This document shows, in pieces, positions 17,976-26,397 of a stretch of 64,000 nt of DNA. Made by a program: the position numbers and the translations under genes. Positions within the stretch are counted from its first letter, which is position 1. Each line of letters opens with the position of its first letter. The notes under the pieces were generated by a model, which searched no databases, had not been told where the DNA came from, and saw only the letters and a program-made list of their open reading frames with translations. Source of the DNA: an uncultured Bacillales bacterium (lineage in GTDB: Bacteria > Bacillota_I > Bacilli_A > RFN20 > CAG-826); contig CAMPCW010000001.1 in NCBI GenBank assembly GCA_946647665.1, forward strand, positions 4,084-68,083, written 5' to 3'.

Positions 17976-18049
17976 TGGAGCAGGTGACGGGAATCGAACC
18001 CGCGTATTCAGCTTGGAAGGCTGAAGTTCTACCATTGAACTACACCTGC
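17976..18049 (-). tRNA. tRNA-Gly (anticodon UCC)
   Basis: Manual fold of the 74 nt sequence. Acceptor GCAGGTG/CACCTGC, D-arm GTTC-AATGGTA-GAAC, anticodon loop CTTCCAA, T-arm GCGGG-TTCGATT-CCCGT, discriminator U and an encoded CCA. Confidence 0.9.
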
Positions 18050-18094
18050 ATTTCAGCGAATGTTATTTTATAACAGACGCTTAATTATATCAAA

Positions 18095-18403
18095 TTATTT
18101 CTTACAAAATTCTCTAATTTGATCTTCTCTTAAGAAACCTGAATATTTTCTTACAGCTTTTCCTTCTGAGAAAAAGAATAAAGTTGGAATACTTTCGACT
18201 TGGAAGGCCATAGCAAGGTCTGGAGCTTCATCAGTATCAACTTTAACGATTTGGACATTAAAGTCGTCTTTGCCGTCTAATCCTTCTAACACTGGTCCTA
18301 ACATTCTACATGGTCCACACCAGGTAGCAAAGAAGTCTAATAAGACATCTCCTTTAGAAAGTAATTCTTTTAATTCTTCTTGTGTTTCAATGTGCTTAAT
18401 CAT
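18095..18403 (-). CDS. trxA: Thioredoxin
   Basis: 102 aa with the WCGPC active site. Confidence 0.9.
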   Translation of the reverse strand: MIKHIETQEELKELLSKGDVLLDFFATWCGPCRMLGPVLEGLDGKDDFNVQIVKVDTDEAPDLAMAFQVESIPTLFFFSEGKAVRKYSGFLREDQIREFCKK

Positions 18404-18404
18404 C

Positions 18405-19304
18405 TTATAATCCTCCGTTTTGAATAATAAATATAATGGCGATAATTAATATGTGTAATGGGTAATAAATGTAAGTTCCAATTTGGAACCACTTAGCATT
18501 ATAGCCTCTTTTGCCTGAATAAAACAAAAGTAATGCACCAGAAAGTATAGCATATAGCTGAATGCCTGCATCCCAATATACGCCTTTAGGCCATAAATAG
18601 ATAAAGGTGAATTGGGCAGTAATAACAACAACATTGACTAATATAAAGAATAAATTAGTGACAAATCTATAACTGCCATTTTCAATCCAAATATCTTTTG
18701 AGATGCCAGATTTCTCTTCTAAATATTCAATAAATATATCACTAAATTTATAAGAGAAATAAAAGCCTAGCCCTAATAAAACGGATACCCAGTCATATTG
18801 CATATTAAGGAAATATGGGAACCAGTGTATTTCAATAGTGTTACCAACTTCGACTCCTTTAACTACAAAAGAGACTATGGAATAAATTAGTGGAAGTAGT
18901 GTAAGTAATTTAACTTTTTTATTCGGGTGTTTAAGACAATATATCGCTATTGCTGTTAAGATTAAATCAATAAAGATATTGCCATTTCTATAGATTGGAG
19001 TTGCTCCAGGAAATAAGTTTGTAAAGGTAAATAAAATAAAGACAATAGAAATAATAGAGCCTATAATTCCTAACTTTAACATGTACTTATTAAAGTTTTT
19101 TGTGTGTCTTACACCTTCCGCTATTAAAAAGATAAATAAAGGTAAAGCCAAGCGACCAAGAATTCTAAAAATATTTGATAATTCAATCATCGTCTGATTT
19201 AAAGGATATTGCATTGCAAAATACATCCCTAGGTGATCTAGAGTCATAAAGATAATTGCTAGGACCTTAATCCAAAAAGACGATAAAAATGCGATTTTTT
19301 TCAT
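18405..19304 (-). CDS. TraX-family integral membrane protein
   Basis: The N-terminus IKVLAIIFMTLDHLGMYF matches the TraX family signature (Ix2LAxxxMxxDHIG). It is polytopic and 299 aa long. Confidence 0.5.
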   Translation of the reverse strand: MKKIAFLSSFWIKVLAIIFMTLDHLGMYFAMQYPLNQTMIELSNIFRILGRLALPLFIFLIAEGVRHTKNFNKYMLKLGIIGSIISIVFILFTFTNLFPGATPIYRNGNIFIDLILTAIAIYCLKHPNKKVKLLTLLPLIYSIVSFVVKGVEVGNTIEIHWFPYFLNMQYDWVSVLLGLGFYFSYKFSDIFIEYLEEKSGISKDIWIENGSYRFVTNLFFILVNVVVITAQFTFIYLWPKGVYWDAGIQLYAILSGALLLFYSGKRGYNAKWFQIGTYIYYPLHILIIAIIFIIQNGGL

Positions 19305-20059
19305 GAATTGAGTAGTATTACCTGTCCAATAATAACGAATAAGTTGTTAGTGAGATGCGCTGTTAAAGAACATGGCAAATCATATAAATCATATGCTAAT
19401 GAGAGCAATAAGCCAGGAGCGATATATGTTGGCAATATAATAAATTCTGTAGCAATATTACCACCAAAGTCCATGTGAATAAGTCCAAAAATGATACCAG
19501 TTACAATATAAGCTGCAACGCGATTCCATCTTTTTACTAAATTAAACATACCAACGCGATATGTGAGTTCTTCACAAATCGGACCAACGATTCCAAAAAT
19601 TAATATTGAGGGAAATGGATATCTTGCAATTATTTGTCTAATAGCGGTTTCATTACCTCCAGTCCCTGTGTGATAAAATAGGTTAACTAATCTCATGTAG
19701 TTTTGATCAAATAATAATATAGTTGCCCCAACTGCTAAACCAACAACATAAGGCACCCAGTTTTTAAACTTAGGTAGTAGCTTTTTGATATCAACTCCAA
19801 CTACTGCGGCAAGAATAGCGAATAAAACCGAATAACTAACCAATGCTTTGGCGCCAGCTTTATCGATTTCATTCATAGAAACAAATATAGCCCCAACGAC
19901 TACAGTTATTAAAGATAAGACAAAAACGTTACCCAAAGCGAATAGAAGAGCTTCCTTCCAAATGTCGAGCTTCGCGTTACAAAAAGGCGCGTGTTTGTCC
20001 GTTAATAAGTCGCCTCTATGCTCATTTTTATTTGGTAAATTTTCATCATTTGAAAACAT
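19301..20059 (-). CDS. CPBP-family intramembrane metalloprotease (CAAX protease / Abi-like)
   Basis: Contains the motifs ICEELTYR and FGLIHMDFG. The start used is the ATG at 20059 (MFSNDENL) with an AAGGA 12 nt upstream. The track ORF extends to 20161 and would overlap the divergent neighbouring gene. Confidence 0.7.
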   Translation of the reverse strand: MFSNDENLPNKNEHRGDLLTDKHAPFCNAKLDIWKEALLFALGNVFVLSLITVVVGAIFVSMNEIDKAGAKALVSYSVLFAILAAVVGVDIKKLLPKFKNWVPYVVGLAVGATILLFDQNYMRLVNLFYHTGTGGNETAIRQIIARYPFPSILIFGIVGPICEELTYRVGMFNLVKRWNRVAAYIVTGIIFGLIHMDFGGNIATEFIILPTYIAPGLLLSLAYDLYDLPCSLTAHLTNNLFVIIGQVILLNS

Positions 20060-20128
20060 TATCTTTATTTTCCTTAAGAAAAATAATACACTAAAAGCAC
20101 GTTGAAAGGTAGATTTTACTAGTAAAAT

Positions 20129-20512
20129 ATGTCTAATTTCACTATTGCTAAAGAAGGTCAAGGATATGTTGAACTACTTAAAAGTAAGTTTTATTCCTTT
20201 GCTTTTCCAGTTAGCGATGTTGAAGAGTTCAAGAAAAGACTAGAAGAGATTAGAAAAGCTAATCCAAAAGCTAAACATGTGGTCTATGCTTATCGAATCG
20301 GTGTTAATTCTAAATCCACCGATGATAAAGAACCTAAAGGAACAGCAGGTAGACCATTACTTGAATTACTCACCAAAAAGAATCTAGTGGATGTCGCTAT
20401 TATTGTGGTTCGCTATTTTGGAGGCAGTGAACTTGGTGCTTCTAGGTTACTAAGAACATATTTAGCTAGCGGAGTAGAAGCTGTTAATCATTCAACGATT
20501 GTTGAAAAATAA
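20129..20512 (+). CDS. IMPACT/YigZ-family protein (N-terminal domain only)
   Basis: Carries the conserved DKEPKGTAGRPLL segment. Length is 127 aa. Confidence 0.65.
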   Translation: MSNFTIAKEGQGYVELLKSKFYSFAFPVSDVEEFKKRLEEIRKANPKAKHVVYAYRIGVNSKSTDDKEPKGTAGRPLLELLTKKNLVDVAIIVVRYFGGSELGASRLLRTYLASGVEAVNHSTIVEK

Positions 20513-20525
20513 GAAAGGTATCATT

Positions 20526-21350
20526 ATGGCAGATTGTAATCATCAATGTGAAGGTTGCCCAAGTAGTGGCAATTGCGAAAGCGAAATTAAAAAAGCAAAA
20601 CTAAACGATAGATCTAGCGTTAAACACGTTATCGCGGTTTTATCAGGTAAAGGTGGAGTTGGTAAATCATTTATCACCTCATATTTAGCAGTTTCTTTGC
20701 ATAAGAAAGGCTATAAAGTAGGTATTTTAGATGCTGACGTTACTGGTCCTAGTATCCCTAAAGCCTTTGGAATAAAAGATAAGGCTATGGGAGAAGATGG
20801 AATTATCTATCCTCTTGAATCTAAAACTGGTATCCAAGTTATCTCTGCAAACTGTTTATTAGAAGATGACTCTGAACCAATTATTTGGAGAGGTGTCCTT
20901 CTTGGAAATTTAGTAAAACAATTCTATGAAGATGTTTTATGGGAAGACTTGGACTATTTATTAATCGATATGCCACCAGGAACTGGTGATATTGCTTTAA
21001 CCACATTCCAAATGATTCCAATTGATGACTTAATCATTGTCACATCTCCTCAAGATTTAGTGTCTTTAGTAGTTACTAAGGCTATCAAAATGGCAAGAAT
21101 GATGAAAATCAAAGTCTTAGGTGTTGTGGAGAATATGTCTTATCTGAAATGTCCAAAATGTGAAGAAAAGATTCCTTTATTTGGAGAATCTCATTTGGAT
21201 GAATTTGCTAATAAACTCGACTTTAAAGTCTTAGGCAAATTACCTTTAGTTAGCGAATACGCAACTAAGGTTGATAAAGGCGAAGTGGAATATATTGAAT
21301 TCCCTGAATTTGAACCTATCACTGAAGCGGTTATAAAGGAGGAGAATTAA
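20526..21350 (+). CDS. Mrp/ApbC/NBP35-family iron-sulfur cluster carrier ATPase
   Basis: Walker A motif SGKGGVGKS and an N-terminal cysteine cluster CNHQCEGC. The ATG at 20526 is the likely start; the track begins at a TTG at 20499. Confidence 0.85.
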   Translation: MADCNHQCEGCPSSGNCESEIKKAKLNDRSSVKHVIAVLSGKGGVGKSFITSYLAVSLHKKGYKVGILDADVTGPSIPKAFGIKDKAMGEDGIIYPLESKTGIQVISANCLLEDDSEPIIWRGVLLGNLVKQFYEDVLWEDLDYLLIDMPPGTGDIALTTFQMIPIDDLIIVTSPQDLVSLVVTKAIKMARMMKIKVLGVVENMSYLKCPKCEEKIPLFGESHLDEFANKLDFKVLGKLPLVSEYATKVDKGEVEYIEFPEFEPITEAVIKEEN

Positions 21351-21352
21351 TA

Positions 21353-22615
21353 ATGAAAGAATTTGATGTCCGTAGAGCCAAACTCTTTGATTCTTTACCA
21401 GACAATTCTTTAGCGCTTATCTTTGCTGGAAGCGCAAAAATCAAAAGCGAAGATGAAAATTTCCCTTTTTACGCTAATCGTAATTTCTTTTATTTAACTG
21501 GTATTGAGCAAGAAAATAGTGTTCTTATGCTAGTAAAATGCCCAGGAGAAAGAAAAGAATACCTATTCTTAGATGAACATAATGAACTTAAAGAAAGATG
21601 GACTGGGAAAAGATTAACTTTTGAAAAAGCCAGTGAAATCTCGCAAATCACAAATGTCTATTCAAACAATAATTTTGAAGCAATGCTTCAGATGGGACTA
21701 TCTAAGGAAAATAATGTCTATGGAAATATCTCTCACTTATATCTAGATTTAAGTGATGAACTCAAGATTAAAAATGGAGTGTCCACTCAAGTTTATAAGA
21801 AAGAATTAGAAGAAAAATACCCTCATTTAAGTTTCTGCAATATTTATCCATTAATCGTGGATTTACGTTTAGTAAAATCAGATGCTGAAGTCGCTGAACT
21901 TGTTGAGGCAATTAACTGCACTAGCTTAGGAATAAATGAGCTTTTAAACAACATGCACATCGGTGTTTCCGAACACGAGTTAAGTGATCGTTTTGAATTC
22001 TTCGGAAAGACCCATGGCCGTCACGATTTATCTTTCGAGACCATTGTTGGTAGTGGAATAAATTCCACAACACTACATCATCCAATAACTCAACAAGATA
22101 AATTAATCGAATTCGATGATGTTGTTTTATTTGATCTTGGCTATAAACACCATGGCTATAATGCTGATATTTCTAGAACTTTCCCAGTGTCTGGGACATT
22201 CTTGGCAAAGCAAAAAGAGATTTATGAAGCCGTTTTAGCATGTAACAAAGCTGTAATTAGCTATGCTAAACCAGGATTAACTTTAAAGGAACTTCAAGAA
22301 TTCACGATTGATTTTCTTAGAGGTGAATGTTTAAGAAGAAAACTTATCTCTAAAGGTGATGACATCATGAAATATTACATTCATAATGTTTCTCATTTTT
22401 TAGGATTAGACACCCACGATGTCGGTGATAGAAGTCGTAAACTTGTTCCAGGAAACGTTATTACTGTCGAACCAGGTTTATATTTTGTTGAAGATCACAT
22501 CGGCGTTCGTATAGAAGATGATGTTTTAATCACGGAAGATGGAGCTGTTAATCTCTCAAAAGTGATAAAAAAAGAAGTTTCTGATATTGAAAGAATGCTA
22601 AAAGGTCGTAAGTAA
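21353..22615 (+). CDS. Xaa-Pro aminopeptidase (M24B family)
   Basis: An N-terminal creatinase-like domain plus the M24 metal ligands (D...D...H...E...E pattern; HNVSHFLGLDTHD). Confidence 0.85.
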   Translation: MKEFDVRRAKLFDSLPDNSLALIFAGSAKIKSEDENFPFYANRNFFYLTGIEQENSVLMLVKCPGERKEYLFLDEHNELKERWTGKRLTFEKASEISQITNVYSNNNFEAMLQMGLSKENNVYGNISHLYLDLSDELKIKNGVSTQVYKKELEEKYPHLSFCNIYPLIVDLRLVKSDAEVAELVEAINCTSLGINELLNNMHIGVSEHELSDRFEFFGKTHGRHDLSFETIVGSGINSTTLHHPITQQDKLIEFDDVVLFDLGYKHHGYNADISRTFPVSGTFLAKQKEIYEAVLACNKAVISYAKPGLTLKELQEFTIDFLRGECLRRKLISKGDDIMKYYIHNVSHFLGLDTHDVGDRSRKLVPGNVITVEPGLYFVEDHIGVRIEDDVLITEDGAVNLSKVIKKEVSDIERMLKGRK

Positions 22616-22617
22616 TC

Positions 22618-24093
22618 ATGGAAAAATACATTTTAACAATTGATCAAGGCACTACAAGTACTAGAGCTATTCTTGTTGATAAAAACGGTCGAGTAGTAAA
22701 CATGACTCAAGAAGAAGTGGTTTGTAACTTCCCACATTCTGGTTGGGTAGAAACAGACGCTTTAAATATTTGGGTCAGCGTTATTAATGTTGTTAACGAA
22801 ATTCTTGTTAAACAAAATATCACTTGGAAGAATATTGATTCAATTGGTATAACCAATCAAAGAGAAACCGCGGTCGTTTGGGATAAAAAGACAATGATGC
22901 CGATTTGCCCTGCAATTGTGTGGCAATCTAGACAATCCGCAGAAATTTGTGACCGTTACGAAAAAGATAAAGATTTTATCCATAAGAAAACCGGTTTATT
23001 AATTAACCCATATTTTTCAGCCTCTAAAATTAGATTTATTTTAGAACATGTCTCTGGAGCAGAAGCACGCGCTAAAAAAGGTGAACTCTTATTCGGCACC
23101 ATTGATTCATGGATCATTTACCGTATGACTAACGGGGCAGTTCATGCTACTGATGTGAGTAATGCTTCTAGAACAATGTTACTTAACCTCAAAACTTTGT
23201 CTTGGGATAAAGAGTTATGTGAGTTATTTAAGATTCCAATGAATATGTTGCCTAAGATTTTACCTAGCTCATATGATTATGGAAAAGCTTCTTTCTTCTC
23301 GGAAAAAGTCCATATCCACGGGGTAGCTGGAGACCAACAAGCCGCTTTATTTGGCCAAACTTGTTTTGAAGTTGGTGAATCTAAAAATACATATGGCACT
23401 GGTTGTTTTATGTTAATGAATATTGGTGAGAAAATCACCTTAAGTGAAAAGGGCTTATTAACTACAGTGGGCTGGCAAATTGGTAATAAAGTTACCTATG
23501 CTTTAGAAGGCTCTGTCTTTATTGGTGGAGCAGTGGTCCAGTGGCTTAGAGATAAAATGCATCTTATTGAGCATTCTGCTGATAGTGAAAAACTCGCTAC
23601 TGCATGTCACGATACTCATGGTGTATATATTGTTCCTGCTTTTGTGGGCTTAGGTACACCTTATTGGGATGACGATGCTCGTGGAGCAGTGTTTGGTTTA
23701 ACTCGTAATAGTGATAATCGTCATTTTGTTAGAGCCGCCTTAGAGTCTATTGCCTATCAATGTAAAGATGTCTTTGAAGTGATGAAAGAAGAATCGCATC
23801 TATCCATTCCTTCTTTAAAGGTTGATGGTGGGGCAACTGCTAATGATTTCTTGATGCAGTTCCAAAGCGATATCTTACATACAGCGATTGATTTGCCTGA
23901 ATGTTTACAAACTACCGCTTTAGGAGCCTCCTATTTAGCGGGGTTATCCTCTAAATTTTATTTAAATTTAGACCATATTAAAAAGATTCATCGCTGCCAA
24001 AAAATCTTTAATCCAATGATGGATTTAAATGAAGTCAACTCTCGATATGAAGGGTGGAAGAAGGCTGTTGAAGTCACAAGAATGTTTAAATAA
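22618..24093 (+). CDS. glpK: Glycerol kinase
   Basis: The N-terminus ILTIDQGTTSTRAIL and the FGGY-family motifs. Length is 491 aa. Confidence 0.9.
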   Translation: MEKYILTIDQGTTSTRAILVDKNGRVVNMTQEEVVCNFPHSGWVETDALNIWVSVINVVNEILVKQNITWKNIDSIGITNQRETAVVWDKKTMMPICPAIVWQSRQSAEICDRYEKDKDFIHKKTGLLINPYFSASKIRFILEHVSGAEARAKKGELLFGTIDSWIIYRMTNGAVHATDVSNASRTMLLNLKTLSWDKELCELFKIPMNMLPKILPSSYDYGKASFFSEKVHIHGVAGDQQAALFGQTCFEVGESKNTYGTGCFMLMNIGEKITLSEKGLLTTVGWQIGNKVTYALEGSVFIGGAVVQWLRDKMHLIEHSADSEKLATACHDTHGVYIVPAFVGLGTPYWDDDARGAVFGLTRNSDNRHFVRAALESIAYQCKDVFEVMKEESHLSIPSLKVDGGATANDFLMQFQSDILHTAIDLPECLQTTALGASYLAGLSSKFYLNLDHIKKIHRCQKIFNPMMDLNEVNSRYEGWKKAVEVTRMFK

Positions 24094-26397
24094 ATGATTG
24101 TCTTAGCTCCAAGAAACATGCATCTTGATATCATTAACTATTATCGAAAAGATAATCCGTTTTTTGATATTAAAGTCATTGATAAGAACGATTTAACTAG
24201 CGCTGTTTATTTTGAATCTAGAAGTGACACGGTTTTATATTTAATGAGTCACTATTATTACTCCTATGATGAGGCAGCGACTTATTTAAGTTTTATTAAA
24301 ACTATCTTTACTCCAAATAATCCTAAACTCGAGAAGTTATATAAACTTCAACAAGAACTAGTGGCTACTGGTTATTTATATAAAAGCGAAGTCTATCACT
24401 ATTTATACGAACACAAGTCCGCTTTAGTAATTGGCTATCAAAAATATGATAATGAACTACTAGACTTATCGAATAAGTTAGATATGACTTTAGAATTCTT
24501 TGATTTTGGTGAAGACTATAAAGTTCATGAAATCAATTACTTCACTAGATTAGAAGATGAGGTGTATTTCGTTTTAAATGAGATCGCCCATGATATAGAT
24601 AATGGAGTGGATATTAACGATATCTATATCTTTAATAGAAGTGAGGAATATATTTACTATCTAAAGAAATTCTCACCATTGTTCGGTTTTAATATTAACT
24701 TCCCAAACTCTTATAGCTTTACTAAAACTGGTGTGTACTCTGTATTTAAAAAGCTTTATGAAGAGACTCGTAACGTTGAAGAGGCTTTAGAAAAGCTTGA
24801 TGAGATTTGTCGAAGTGATGATATATATCATCAATTTGTGGATGCGGTTCGTAAAATTGACGTTAGTGAGTTAGACTATGAAATCGCTTCAGTGTATCTA
24901 GAAAAAGAATTAAGTAACCGCTACGTAGATAAACCACATTATCTAAATGCGGTTAAAGTAATAAATAATCCAACTTTATTAGAAAATAAAAATGTCTATG
25001 TTTTAGGCTTTGTACAAGGTCAATTCCCTAAGAGTCAAAAGGATGATTCTTATTTAAGTGAAAGTGAACTCCTTTATTTAAATAAACTCACCAATAAACT
25101 AAAGACTAAGATTGACCAAGATAATCTATTAGATTTCTTTAAGAGTGATAATGAATTTGTTTTATGCTACTCAAGTAAATCTCTTGATAGCCCTAAGATG
25201 TTTATTTCACCTTTGGTGAATTATTTATCTATAAAGACCAACGTCAATCCATTTAATAACTACTTCTATTCAGAAGATGTCTTAAAATACATTGCCTGCT
25301 CTTTAAAAGACTTGAACGTTTTATATAAAGAAAAGTCCTCTAAGTACTTAGCCACTAAAGATTTAGTGGAACCAATTTATAATGACTTTGATAACTCATT
25401 TAAAGGGGCTAATGTTAATAACAAGAATTCATATTTAGTATTATCGACCTCGCAGTTAACTGACTATGCGAGTTGTCCTTTCAAATATTACTTAGGTCGT
25501 GTATTAAGTGTGGATCCTTTTGAAGAGACCATTGACTCAATTTTCGGTAACATAGTTCATAAATTATTAGAAAAGTCACTTTTTGATGATAGTTTTGATG
25601 TCTCTAGTGAATACGATAAAGCGGTTGATTCATCTAATGTAAGTGAAGAAATCAAGGTCTTATGGTCTTTAAGTTTAAAAGATCAAATCATGGAGATGAT
25701 TAAATTCATCAAACGACATAATCATTACATGACTAATCCAACTTTCGAATTAGAAAAGAGCATCACCATTAACTTGAATAAGTTAACTAGCTTAACTGGA
25801 AGAATTGATAAGATGGTGATTTTAGATAATAAATCACTGGTGATGATTGATTATAAAACAGGTAGCAGTGGAGACTTTGATGATACTTATCTTAAAGACG
25901 GGTTATCCTCTCAACTTCCTACTTACGCTTTACTTGCTCAAGAGAGTAAGTATTCTAAATACTCTGTTAGTGGACTTTATATCAATCACATCTATACTTC
26001 AAAAGAAGTAGAATTAAAAGACGATGAACTAATTCCTAAATATTTAAAACTATCTGGAAAATCTTTGGATGATTATTCCTCTTTCTTTAATTTTGATTCC
26101 ACAATCGCAAGTGGAAAGTCTAGCTTTGTCGCCTCCATTTCTTCTAAAGAAGGAGTCCTCCAATCAAAAAGTGGAATTATCTCTAAAAATAAGCTAGATG
26201 AATATATCAAAACTGTGAGAGATAAATATCTTGAAGTTAGTGAATTAATTAGAGCCAATAAATTTGAAATATCACCTTGTGATAAGGGAAAAGCTAATAC
26301 ACGTGCCTGCCAAAATTGTACTTATCGTGATATTTGTTATGTAAGAAGTAGCCAAGTGAGATACTTAAGCGCTCCAACGGAGGAAGAAAATGAGTAA
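24094..26397 (+). CDS. addB: AddB/RexB-like helicase-nuclease subunit B (degenerate helicase N-terminus; C-terminal PD-(D/E)xK nuclease with an Fe-S cysteine cluster)
   Basis: The C-terminus has C-PFKYY...D-x-K...CDKG...CQNC...C, and the gene sits immediately upstream of addA. Confidence 0.7.
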   Translation: MIVLAPRNMHLDIINYYRKDNPFFDIKVIDKNDLTSAVYFESRSDTVLYLMSHYYYSYDEAATYLSFIKTIFTPNNPKLEKLYKLQQELVATGYLYKSEVYHYLYEHKSALVIGYQKYDNELLDLSNKLDMTLEFFDFGEDYKVHEINYFTRLEDEVYFVLNEIAHDIDNGVDINDIYIFNRSEEYIYYLKKFSPLFGFNINFPNSYSFTKTGVYSVFKKLYEETRNVEEALEKLDEICRSDDIYHQFVDAVRKIDVSELDYEIASVYLEKELSNRYVDKPHYLNAVKVINNPTLLENKNVYVLGFVQGQFPKSQKDDSYLSESELLYLNKLTNKLKTKIDQDNLLDFFKSDNEFVLCYSSKSLDSPKMFISPLVNYLSIKTNVNPFNNYFYSEDVLKYIACSLKDLNVLYKEKSSKYLATKDLVEPIYNDFDNSFKGANVNNKNSYLVLSTSQLTDYASCPFKYYLGRVLSVDPFEETIDSIFGNIVHKLLEKSLFDDSFDVSSEYDKAVDSSNVSEEIKVLWSLSLKDQIMEMIKFIKRHNHYMTNPTFELEKSITINLNKLTSLTGRIDKMVILDNKSLVMIDYKTGSSGDFDDTYLKDGLSSQLPTYALLAQESKYSKYSVSGLYINHIYTSKEVELKDDELIPKYLKLSGKSLDDYSSFFNFDSTIASGKSSFVASISSKEGVLQSKSGIISKNKLDEYIKTVRDKYLEVSELIRANKFEISPCDKGKANTRACQNCTYRDICYVRSSQVRYLSAPTEEENE

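Larger units (their letters stand above)
17443..18003. mobile_element. Decayed integrative element or genomic-island remnant inserted at the 3' end of tRNA-Gly, bounded by 28 bp direct repeats
   Basis: The direct repeat of the tRNA 3' end lies at the distal side. The interior carries only two tandem RhuM-family pseudogene fragments and the element's own terminator. No integrase remains. Confidence 0.55.

Noticed and set aside
17853-18035. A 60 aa ORF on the minus strand overlapping tRNA-Gly
   Set aside because: It overlaps a bona fide tRNA and the island terminator. It is not coding.
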